A DNA stretch of 64,000 nt from Calditrichaceae bacterium (lineage in GTDB: Bacteria > Calditrichota > Calditrichia > Calditrichales > JBFXGD01), in contig JBFXLE010000015.1 in NCBI GenBank assembly GCA_050173015.1, positions 1-64,000 on the forward strand, read 5' to 3'. How positions within the stretch are numbered: the stretch's first letter is position 1; each line of letters opens with the position of its first letter. Shown piece after piece: positions 1 through 9,448 of this stretch. The notes below the pieces were generated by a model. It was not told the origin of the DNA, ran no database searches, and saw nothing but the letters and a program-made list of their open reading frames with translations. A program made the position numbers and the translations under genes.

Positions 1-177
1 TTTATGGCAATTTTAAAGATCATACTGACGAAACTCGTTATGAGAATCGTTAGAAAAAATTTTTACCCTGCTAAAAACTTATACGCGAGTATAAGCCTTT
101 AGTATTCCCCCTCTGCAACAGCCTGATAGGTGGGGGGGGGTACTTGTATAAGTGGGGAGGGGTACTTCAAAGACCCG

Positions 178-372
178 CGCGCGGGGCTCGGAGGTCGGGC
201 GTTGACTCTCTGAACACCAACGTTGACTCTTTTTGCCTCAATCACCGGGTTCCGAGGCTCAGGGTTGACTCTTTTTGCTCCGATCGCGGAGCTCCGAGGC
301 TCAATCCTGACTCTCAGAACTCCGATTTTGGTATTATTTGCTCCGGTTGCGGAGTTCAGAGGTTCTGACTTT
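178..372. repeat. Degenerate 21-nt-period tandem repeat (about 9 units); may encode a heptad-repeat peptide (ORF 99..377 minus)
   Basis: GTTGACTCT recurs at 201, 222 and 264 and CCTGACTCT at 306 (all multiples of 21). TCCGAGGCTCA also recurs. Minus frame reads EPRSSAI/GAKRVNP/EPRNPVI/EAKRVNV. Confidence 0.7.
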
Positions 373-503
373 GACATTATTTATATCAACATCAAATCCC
401 TGAGATTGTTTTATGTATTTTCCGTTTGGTTCAAAATATAAAAATCCCGGCGTCCTTCTGCTGAAATGACACCGGGATATATTAAACAGGAATATTAAAA
501 TGC

Positions 504-953
504 TTATCGGTCGAAGCGCTCTTTCAGATCACGATAAATCGGTTCAGCGCCCGGGACACTCATCCGGCTGGCCAGTTTAATGGAATTGTAAAATGCCAGG
601 GAGGCCACATAGGCTTCACTGCCCGCCAGCATAATGGTGTCATCCAATTGCTTGTACACATCTTCAACCTGACGAAAAAACTGGGTCAGGGTTTCCACGG
701 CCTTAACATCTTTGTTTAACTCAGCTACATTCATATAAGCCGGGGCGAACTGCTCATTGCTTTCCGCGTATTCAAGTGTTTTACTGACAAAAGGCACCGT
801 CCGGTCACTCATTTTTGGCAACTCACGCCTGTCATCCGGGGTTAATGATGAAATGTAAGGCTTGAGTGTCTCTTTGAGCGTTTGTAATGCTCCGTTAATG
901 GTTTGCACATCAGCATCGCTGATTTCAATTGAAACAAGATTTCCTTTGGCCAT
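504..953 (-). CDS. Conserved-type hypothetical helical protein (~149 aa)
   Basis: Clean ORF; GGAGG 5 nt upstream of the ATG at 953 (MAKGN); hairpin downstream at ~443-478. Confidence 0.8.
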   Translation of the reverse strand: MAKGNLVSIEISDADVQTINGALQTLKETLKPYISSLTPDDRRELPKMSDRTVPFVSKTLEYAESNEQFAPAYMNVAELNKDVKAVETLTQFFRQVEDVYKQLDDTIMLAGSEAYVASLAFYNSIKLASRMSVPGAEPIYRDLKERFDR

Positions 954-1321
954 CATAGCCTCCATCGGGTTAGTTATACGGTGTTAGTTATCCTTTACCC
1001 ATCTATTTCAATAACGGGGAAAGCAAGAATCAAGTCGCAGCAGTTCTCACAACTGAAACCATTCCGCAGTGGATATTTTATATACCGCGCATACAAAGAA
1101 AAATTTTGTTTCCGGTTATTTCATAACCGGTAAGTATAACTGACAAATACAAGACTGCAAAAAATAATTCAAAAATTTTTAAGGTACATTATCAGAAAAT
1201 GAATGACAAAAAGTCGTGCTTTAAGAAAAAGTTCTAACGCAATATACAATGATTATCTGAAGGAGTAAAACAAAAATATATTTTGTGAATCCGGGGCATT
1301 CTCAAGAGTTCAGATATCTTT

Positions 1322-2812
1322 TTGTCTGAACAGTGACCTCCCGCCTCTGGCGGATGCGCCTGAATAAATGATTGCTCTGATTCAACTTTTTTAATCATGG
1401 ACATCAGTTAATCAAACGAATCATAGTTCAGACCATTCTTACTCTTTTTTCTTTTATCTTTTATCTTAAAATCCAGTTTCCCTAACCCACCCAAAGAGGG
1501 GAGGGTCAATTGCGGGGTCTGTTTTTCTATAATAATTACATCCCTTCGGGATTTGAGATTCAATTTTTCACCTGGCTCGCCCCACGCTTAACTCATAACT
1601 CTTAACTCTATTCTCTTAACGCTCTTAAATTCTAACTTCCTACTTCCTACTTCTTACTTTTCGCCTCTTCCCAAGCAAGCAGAAGATCCTTCCAGGATGA
1701 CATTTCGGGAAGGCTGGATAAGGTCCCACCTTTAACGCTCTTAAATTCTAACTTCCTACTTCCAACTTCTTACTTCTCACTTTCCCCGCCCCTTGTCTGA
1801 ACTATGATTCGTGTGATTACATGAAGACTCTGATTCCACCTTCTTAATCATGTCCATCAGTTAATCATTTTAATCAGAGTTCAGACCATTCTTACTCTTT
1901 TTTCTTTTTTCTTTTTTCTTTTTTCTTAAAATCCAGTATCCTAACCCACCCCAAGAGGGGAGGGTCAATCGCGGGGTCTGTTTTTCTATAATAATTACAT
2001 CCCTCTGGGATTTGAGATCCAATTTTTCGCCTGGCTCGCCCTACGCTTAACTCTTTTATCTTAACGCTCTTAAATTCTAACTTCCTACTTCCTTCTTCTT
2101 ACTTTTATTCTTCCCAAGCAAGCAGAAGATCCTTCCAGGATGACATTTCGGGAGGGCTGGATAAGGTCCCACCTTTAACGCTCTTCAATTCCTACTTCTT
2201 ACTTCCTACTTCTCACTTTCCCAGCCCCTTGTCTGAACTATGATTCGCGTGATTTTATGAAGACTCTGATTATACTTTCTTCATCATGGCCATCAGTTAA
2301 TCATCTTATCCACCAAGGGTGGACAGGTCACAGTTCCGACCATTCTTACTCTTTTTTCTTTTATCTTTTATCTTAAAATCCAGTTTCCCTAAGCCACCCA
2401 ATGAGGGGAGGGTCAGTTGCGGGGTCTGTTTTTCTATAATAATTACATCCCTTCGGGATTTGAGATCCAATTTTTCGCCTGGCTCGACCCTACGCTTAAC
2501 TCTTTTCTCTTAACGCTCTTTAATTCTTACTTCCTACTTCTTACTTCTTACTTTTATTCTTCCCAAGCAAGCAGAAGATCCTTCCAGGATGACATTTCGG
2601 GAGGGCTGGATAAGGTCCCACTCTTAACTCTTAACTCTTTTCTCTTAACGATTTTAGATTCTTACTTCCTACTTCTTACTTCTTACTTTTACTCTTCCCA
2701 AGCAAGCAGAAGATCCTTCCAGGATGACATTTCAGGAAGGATGAATAAGGTCCCACTCTTAACTCTTACACTCTTAACGCTCTTTAATTCTTACTTCCTA
2801 CTTCTTACTTCC
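1322..2812. repeat. Tandem array of three mosaic REP-like composite units (471 and 436 nt spacing; third unit has a duplicated submodule)
   Basis: GTCTGAAC at 1324, 1795 and 2231, each closed ~90-110 nt later by GTTC(A/C)GAC. CCAAGCAAGCAGAAGATCCTTCCAGGATGACATTT at 1671, 2114, 2563 and 2698. CTTACTT/CCTACTT and TTAACTC heptamer runs. Confidence 0.92.
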
Positions 2813-4376
2813 TACTTATCTTACTCATCGCTCTTTCACTGATGGCGGTGATGGTGAGGGATGGGTTCACGCCGGGGTTGGCAGATATCATCGAGCCGTC
2901 GCATATCAGCATGTTTTTGTAACCGAAAACATGATTGTCTTTGTCGATGACGCCTTCACTCTTGTCTTTCCCCATCACCGCGCCTCCCAGAATATGCGCC
3001 GTTGTGGGAATTCCGGCAATGGTTTCCGTAATGAGTACCATCGGATTTCCATTAACAATTTGCGCGTATCGCTCTGCCAGCTCTCTGGATTCCGGAATAA
3101 AAGCCGACGGACTCTTCCCTTTTTCCGAAGATGATTTCATACCGAAAAGTCCTTTTGAAAAACGGAGGGTGCTGTCCAGCGTCTGCATAAACAGTAAAAT
3201 CTGTGTCCGGCTCGCCCAATCCCAGACAAAAAATGAGCGGAAATTTTTTACCGGATGTCGTATAAAATCAAAAATGACTTTAAAAATCCGCGCGATGAAA
3301 TTTCTTCCATGGGCCATTGGCGCGATCAGGATTCTCCAGAATCCGGACCCTGAAGCGTAGCGTACCGGCTCAAGATGACTGTGCTCATCCGTATGCAAAA
3401 TGGAACCAATGGCGATACCGTCGGAAAACACATTCTTTTTGTCAAAGGAGGTGATCCCGATCAGACTTTCGGAGTTGGTTCGCACGCCGCTGCCGATTTT
3501 GTGGGATATCTCCGGAAGAGATGATTTTTTGAGTTTGAGTAAAAGATCGACCGTGCCCAAAACGCCACCGGCGAAGATTACCCCGCGTGTAGTGAAGGAG
3601 CCTTTCTTTTTGAAAAACGCGGTGGAGCGTTTCCAGCTAATTTTGTAGCCATCGGAACCGTCCTTTTGACCCAGCGGAGTGACATTATAAACTTCTGACT
3701 CCGCCTGAATTTGAACCCCGTTTCGTTCCGCGAGATGAAGATAATTTTTATCGAGGGTATTTTTCGCGTTAAACCGGCAACCGGTCATACAGCCGCCGCA
3801 AAAAGTACAACCCGCCCGCTCCGGTCCTTTCCCGTCAAAATATGGATCGGGAACCGTCGTGCCCGCTTCTCCAAAATAAACCGCCACATTGGTGGGCTCA
3901 AATTGCTGCTCTTTTCCAATCTCATGCGCCAGTTGTTTCAACACGAGATCGCCTGTTTCGAGCCGGGGATTCAGATTGGCTCCGAGCATTTTTAACGCTT
4001 CGGGATAAAATTCTTTCAACTCTGTTTCCCAGTCCGCCAGATGCGCCCATGATTTCGATGTAAAAAATTCCTTTTTCGGAACCGGCAGTGTATTGGCATA
4101 GACCAGGCTGCCCCCTCCCACCCCGACCCCGGAAAGGATTGTGACATGCCGGAAAAAAGTCAGTTTAAATAATCCGTAAAATTTAAGGGCGGGGAGCCAG
4201 AACCAGCGTTTGACGTTCCAGTTACTTTTGGGAAAATCTTCCGCTTTCAGGCTTTTGCCCTTTTCCAGAACCAGGACCTGGTAGCCCTTCTCCGATAGCC
4301 GTAAAGCGGATACCGATCCCCCGAATCCGCTGCCAATGATGATGTAATCATAATCGAAATTATTCTGATGATTCAT
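2805..4376 (-). CDS. GMC family FAD oxidoreductase, cholesterol oxidase-like
   Basis: IIIGSGFGG FAD motif; GVGGGSLVYAN; CTFCGGCMTGC; TAHILGG; C-terminal NPSLTITA. Confidence 0.9.
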   Translation of the reverse strand: MNHQNNFDYDYIIIGSGFGGSVSALRLSEKGYQVLVLEKGKSLKAEDFPKSNWNVKRWFWLPALKFYGLFKLTFFRHVTILSGVGVGGGSLVYANTLPVPKKEFFTSKSWAHLADWETELKEFYPEALKMLGANLNPRLETGDLVLKQLAHEIGKEQQFEPTNVAVYFGEAGTTVPDPYFDGKGPERAGCTFCGGCMTGCRFNAKNTLDKNYLHLAERNGVQIQAESEVYNVTPLGQKDGSDGYKISWKRSTAFFKKKGSFTTRGVIFAGGVLGTVDLLLKLKKSSLPEISHKIGSGVRTNSESLIGITSFDKKNVFSDGIAIGSILHTDEHSHLEPVRYASGSGFWRILIAPMAHGRNFIARIFKVIFDFIRHPVKNFRSFFVWDWASRTQILLFMQTLDSTLRFSKGLFGMKSSSEKGKSPSAFIPESRELAERYAQIVNGNPMVLITETIAGIPTTAHILGGAVMGKDKSEGVIDKDNHVFGYKNMLICDGSMISANPGVNPSLTITAISERAMSKISRK

Positions 4377-4481
4377 TTCAGCTCCGGATAAAAATGTATA
4401 AAAGACCGATCATTATTTATGCATTTACGCCGGTGAAATGGGATAACCGACATTAATTAAATGAAACTCTGCTCTCTTCAC

Positions 4482-6065
4482 TTAACCTTTTTCTGAAAAC
4501 ATGCGCGGGAAAATTCTCAGCAGACGCCCCATACCGCTCAATCGCCTGCCAATGCTCCTGCCGTACAAAACATCCATCACTCCTTTGATGCCCTTGTATA
4601 TGGTTTCATTATAGGGATGCCACCACATATTCTTTTTAACGCCGGGAAGTATATCATTCACAATCATTTGCGGCTGGGTCATTTCATTGAAACCCAGTTC
4701 CCCGTGACTTCTTCCTATACCGCTTTGCTTGAATCCTCCCCATGAGGTTTCCGCAAGCCCGTGACTCATGAGATGATCGTTTATTGTTACCGCTCCGGCT
4801 TTTATCCTCCGCGCGATCCTTTCCGCTTTTTTATGATTTTTACACCAGACCGATCCGGTCAAGCCCAGATAGGAATCGTTGGCGAGATCAATCGCTTCAT
4901 CCATATTTGATACTTTCATCACTCCCACAACCGGGCCGAATGTCTCATCCTTCATCACCAGCATTTCATGATTTACATCGGTCAATACCATTGCCGGAAT
5001 AAAATTATGTAAATTGGCATCCTGCGGAATCTTTGACTGCGCGTAGAGCTTTGCCCCGTGTTTTAGAGCGTCATCCACATGGGTTTTTACCAGTTCCGCC
5101 TGCTTTTGAGTGGTCATGCATCCCATATCGCAGTTGTAGTCCGTGTCGTATCCAACCCGCAATCCATCGACTTTTTCTTTCAGAAGTTTTAAAAACGGCT
5201 CATACACCTTCTCATGAACATAGATTCGTTCAACGCCCCCGCAAGATTGCCCGGCATTGGAAAATCCCGCCCAGACGGCGCCCGTGGCCGCGCGGGATAT
5301 GTCGGCGTCATCACAGACCAGCATGGCGTCGTTGCCTCCCAGCTCCAGATTGACCGGCGTCAGTGTTTCCGATGCCTTTGCCATCAGGATTTTACCCACC
5401 GGTACCGAGCCGGTGAAAAAGAGCTTATCCATCCCGCTTTCAAGAAACGCGTCTCCGGCGATTCTGCCCGGTAAATTGATATAACTGAATATCCCCTCAG
5501 GCAAACCCGCGGCTTCGATGGCTTCCCTGAGCGCCATACCAACCATCTGGGTTTCGGTGGCCGTTTTCAAAATAACCGCGTTCCCGGCAAGCAGACCCAT
5601 TATGACTTCGGAGAAGGGAATCGTAAACGGATAATTCCAGGGGGAAATGATACCCACCACTCCAAAAGGCACACGCGCCACTTTGCTGCGCTTATTCAGG
5701 AAAAGAATATTTCCGGTGCCAAGTTTTCTGTCATTTAGAAATTTTTTAGCGTACTTCGCGTAGTAGGAAATGGCCATCGCCGAGGGCAAAACTTCCGTCG
5801 CGAAGGCGTCAATGCGCAGTTTTCCGTTATCTCTGGCGATGGTTTCAGAGAGTCTGTCCGAGTTATCTACTAAATAATTCCGTATGGCGCGCATATAGCG
5901 CACGCGTTTTTTGACCGGCAGCGCTCCCCATGACTTCTGAGCTTCTCGCGCTTTTTTTACCATCTTTTTAAGATCATCAATCGTATGCAGAGGTGAATGT
6001 CCCAAAACTTCACCCGTGGCGGGATTGATTGATTCCGTCCGTGTTTTTACTTCTTCTAAGTTCAT
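4482..6065 (-). CDS. Aldehyde dehydrogenase family protein
   Basis: PWNYP, FTGS, LELGGND, catalytic GQSC, ETFGP motifs. Confidence 0.95.
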   Translation of the reverse strand: MNLEEVKTRTESINPATGEVLGHSPLHTIDDLKKMVKKAREAQKSWGALPVKKRVRYMRAIRNYLVDNSDRLSETIARDNGKLRIDAFATEVLPSAMAISYYAKYAKKFLNDRKLGTGNILFLNKRSKVARVPFGVVGIISPWNYPFTIPFSEVIMGLLAGNAVILKTATETQMVGMALREAIEAAGLPEGIFSYINLPGRIAGDAFLESGMDKLFFTGSVPVGKILMAKASETLTPVNLELGGNDAMLVCDDADISRAATGAVWAGFSNAGQSCGGVERIYVHEKVYEPFLKLLKEKVDGLRVGYDTDYNCDMGCMTTQKQAELVKTHVDDALKHGAKLYAQSKIPQDANLHNFIPAMVLTDVNHEMLVMKDETFGPVVGVMKVSNMDEAIDLANDSYLGLTGSVWCKNHKKAERIARRIKAGAVTINDHLMSHGLAETSWGGFKQSGIGRSHGELGFNEMTQPQMIVNDILPGVKKNMWWHPYNETIYKGIKGVMDVLYGRSIGRRLSGMGRLLRIFPRMFSEKG

Positions 6066-6178
6066 TGTTAACTCCTTGAAAGGACTGTCATAAAGTCACA
6101 AATCTTTTATTTCAAAACTTATCACCCTTTGGAAAGAGCCGGGTCGGCCCACTCCGGTAAACCATCACGTTATGATCT

Positions 6179-7369
6179 TTATACCGAATCATAGGCTTTA
6201 TTTAATACTTCCAGGGCGTCTTCATATTCTATCTCAACCGGATTATAAATGGCGGAAGCGTCGCCGAGTGATACTTTGGCGATTTTCGGCAACTTTTCTT
6301 TTGCCACTTTTCCTGTCTCTTGGAGGGTGCGCGGCAATTTTGAAAGATCGTACAGTTTATTTTTCATCGACCGGATGTGTTTAATGACAGATTCCACCCG
6401 ATTCTCAGGCGCTGTTTTCGCGTATTCTTCATCACCGGCGAGGTACAGTAACAACTCACCCACATGATTGGCTCCGTGTTTAGCGTTATACTCAAGCACA
6501 TGAGGCAGAAGAATGCTCATCGCCGTTCCATGGGGGATATGGCATACAGCCCCCACCGAGTGTCCGAGAGTGTGAACCATTCCCACCATTGAATTTGAAA
6601 AAGCAATCCCCGCCATGGTCGCCGCGTTCGCCATCGCCAGGCGGCCCTGCTTATCCGACGGATTTTTTACGACATTCAGTAAATGTTTACTGATCAGACT
6701 GATGGCCGATGTGGCATAGGCGTCGCTCATGGGATTTTTACCGAGACAGGTGTATGCCTCGATCGAATGCGTCAACGCGTCCATTCCCGTAGCGGCGGTG
6801 ATCTGCGCCGGCAGAGTCATGGTCATTCGCGGATCGATAACGGCGATATTCGGCAGCAGGTAATAGGAGGTAAAAGGCAATTTAATGTTTTTATCCGTAT
6901 CGGCAATGATGGCAACGATTGTCACTTCTGAACCGGTGCCCGCTGTCGTCGGTACGGCGACCAAAGGCTTCAGCGGTCGTTTCAAAGCCCCCGCCCCGGT
7001 AAAACGCATCAGATCATCCGCGTTTTCCGAAACAACAATATTCACCGCTTTGGCCGTATCCATCACCGAACCGCCGCCGATGGCGATAAGCGCGTCGCAT
7101 CCTGTTTCGCGATAAACGGAGGATACTTCCCTGACCGTCTTTAGTGATGAATCGGGCGGCACATCATCGTAAACGGCGCCAATCGGCATATTTGATTCTT
7201 TGAAAGCGTTTATTATGTGATTTACCAGTCCCGCTCCGGACACGCCTCTATCCGTCACGATCATCGGTTTTTTGGCGCTCAGTAAATCAAGTTCAAACGG
7301 AATATTTTCAAGCGCTTTATCTCCGGAAATAATTTTCACCGGACAAAAAAATTCAAAATAATCGGCCAT
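6179..7369 (-). CDS. Iron-containing alcohol dehydrogenase
   Basis: GGGSVMD, PTTAGTGSE, DALTH, HTLGH and HG metal ligands. Confidence 0.95.
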   Translation of the reverse strand: MADYFEFFCPVKIISGDKALENIPFELDLLSAKKPMIVTDRGVSGAGLVNHIINAFKESNMPIGAVYDDVPPDSSLKTVREVSSVYRETGCDALIAIGGGSVMDTAKAVNIVVSENADDLMRFTGAGALKRPLKPLVAVPTTAGTGSEVTIVAIIADTDKNIKLPFTSYYLLPNIAVIDPRMTMTLPAQITAATGMDALTHSIEAYTCLGKNPMSDAYATSAISLISKHLLNVVKNPSDKQGRLAMANAATMAGIAFSNSMVGMVHTLGHSVGAVCHIPHGTAMSILLPHVLEYNAKHGANHVGELLLYLAGDEEYAKTAPENRVESVIKHIRSMKNKLYDLSKLPRTLQETGKVAKEKLPKIAKVSLGDASAIYNPVEIEYEDALEVLNKAYDSV

Positions 7370-7390
7370 GTTCAGATCCTTCCTGTTCTG

Positions 7391-7915
7391 TTAATATCCA
7401 AGCAGTACTCTAAAATAAACGCGGGTACGATTGATTAGTTTTGTCATAAACGGCCATCGCGGATAACGTTTGACAGCCAATCTCGCGATAAACGCCGGCA
7501 ATAAATATGATTCAACAATATTCAGACAGCGGACAACCGCCAGCGCGTTTGACAGATCACCCTTCACGATCATCCTGTCCCGCGCGAAAGACACTGCCGT
7601 CGATTCCCTGAATGTAAATAAAAGCATAGCGGCTTCGATGTTTTTGAACATGATGATCACATCAATTTCATCCTCCGCCATACGGTTTCCGTGATATTTG
7701 AGCCGTCCGTTCTTGTCTTTCGCGACAATCATTTTGGCGCTGTCCGGAAGCACTTTTAACATAAAAGAAAATCCTTCGGGCATTTCGGCAATTTCATTTT
7801 TAACATCCTTATCCACCCGCGCGGCCGCCTGAAGACCCCGGCCGACAAAAAACATTAAAACATTGATGTACAATCTCTTAAACCATTTCCCCCCGGGGTT
7901 GATCTCCTTATGCAC
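7391..7915 (-). CDS. Hypothetical protein, possibly SCP2 sterol/lipid-binding-like
   Basis: First gene of the operon; GTG start after GGAG; AFxxDRMIVKGDL-like segment resembles SCP2 domains. Confidence 0.6.
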   Translation of the reverse strand: MHKEINPGGKWFKRLYINVLMFFVGRGLQAAARVDKDVKNEIAEMPEGFSFMLKVLPDSAKMIVAKDKNGRLKYHGNRMAEDEIDVIIMFKNIEAAMLLFTFRESTAVSFARDRMIVKGDLSNALAVVRCLNIVESYLLPAFIARLAVKRYPRWPFMTKLINRTRVYFRVLLGY

Positions 7916-8371
7916 TTTTCCATCACTCCTTTACATTGATTGGCTTCTATCTTGTAAAAAGTATTTTGATATGTCAGCAAACATGAATTGATTTTGCGAG
8001 TGGCTTTTTATTATTTCAAATATGAAGTTGTTTTTGGATGGATGTTGATTACAGGTGTTCCCATTTGCTTTTTCCAAACTGATCCGGTAAACCGAATTCA
8101 AAATCTGATCCTGTGTCAGCATAATATTTTGCAACTGATACTCCTGATTGAGTCGGGCGGTCGGCCGATAAAAAATAGATAATAATTATCTAAGTGTCAA
8201 CTTCAATTACGGATCATTTTAAATAATTCGCCAAAAGAAAAATCGGCAAAATTTGCTGTTTCGAACAGATCGCGACCGATCGTTTAAATACGGTTAAACT
8301 TATTGGAGATGATTTCTGAAACAGAAATAAAGCGGGATATGTAAAATTCAACAAAAAAGCGGGTTTAGAAA

Positions 8372-9397
8372 TTAATCGCTAATCTCATACCCGCTGTAGA
8401 TTTTTAACGCATCGATCCATTTGGGGTGATCGTTTATGCAGGGAATCACTCTGAATTCTTCGCCGCCGGCCTCCAGAAACGCTTCTTTGCCCCGCAGCCC
8501 GATTTCTTCAAGTGTTTCAAGACAATCGGATACAAATGCCGGACAAATAACCAGTAATTTTTTGACGCCATTGTTGGCCAGCCGGATAATTTCTTCACCG
8601 GTAAACGGACCCAGCCATACATCCCGTCCAAGCCTTGACTGGAATGAAACAGAATATTTATTCTCCGGTATCTCTGCTTTTCGCACCAGTTCTTTGGTTG
8701 TTTGGAAAACCTGCGCGCGGTAGCAGGTATCGTGAGCGGGGTTTGGCACTGAGCAGCAGTCTTCCTTAACCAGGCAGTGATTACCCGTGGGATCCGTCTT
8801 CTTCAGATGTCTTTCGGGCAGACCATGATAACTGAACAACAGATGGTCATAATCCCATTTCAGGTGAGATTCAGCGCTTGCCGCCAGGGCATTAATGTAA
8901 TTTGTTTCTTTATAGAAAGGCGGTACAATTTTTAAGGACACGGCGGGATTTATTTTAGCCAGATGTTTTTTCACGGCCGCGACGACAGTTTCATAGGTGG
9001 ACATGGCATAATGGGGATACAGCGGTATTAAAAGAATTTCATCCGCATTTTTATTAACAACCAAATCTTTCAGAATTTCATTTATGGACGGATTTCCATA
9101 ACTCATGGCCAGACCCACCTGCATATTAACGCGTTCCTGCAAAAGCCGCTGGACCTTTTTACTGATCACGATCAGCGGTGAACCTTCCTGCCACCAAATC
9201 TGACTGTAGGCTTCCGCGGACTTTTGGGGCCGGAACGGCAGGATGAAACCGCTTACAATCATCCGCCGGATCAGATAAGGAGCGTCCAGAACACGCTTAT
9301 CCATCAGAAACTCATTCAGGTATTTCCGGACATCCTTAACCGAAGGCGATGCGGGTGAACCAAGATTTACCAGCAAAACCGCGCGTTTTTTCCCCAT
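8372..9397 (-). CDS. hemH: Ferrochelatase
   Basis: LVNLGSP, PLYPHY, FSYHGLP, FQSRLG, FVSDCLETLEE. Confidence 0.96.
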   Translation of the reverse strand: MGKKRAVLLVNLGSPASPSVKDVRKYLNEFLMDKRVLDAPYLIRRMIVSGFILPFRPQKSAEAYSQIWWQEGSPLIVISKKVQRLLQERVNMQVGLAMSYGNPSINEILKDLVVNKNADEILLIPLYPHYAMSTYETVVAAVKKHLAKINPAVSLKIVPPFYKETNYINALAASAESHLKWDYDHLLFSYHGLPERHLKKTDPTGNHCLVKEDCCSVPNPAHDTCYRAQVFQTTKELVRKAEIPENKYSVSFQSRLGRDVWLGPFTGEEIIRLANNGVKKLLVICPAFVSDCLETLEEIGLRGKEAFLEAGGEEFRVIPCINDHPKWIDALKIYSGYEISD

Positions 9398-9448
9398 TAC
9401 GATCCTGTCATTTATCTTTTGTCAAATCGTGACCGTTAATTTCACCGA

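Noticed and set aside
1112-1130. Perfect palindrome CCGGTTAT-TTC-ATAACCGG
   Set aside because: Single occurrence with no supporting context; cannot assign it as operator or terminator
1322-2812. Repeat arrays as CRISPR
   Set aside because: Units are 360-470 nt, there are no unique spacers, and no cas genes are present
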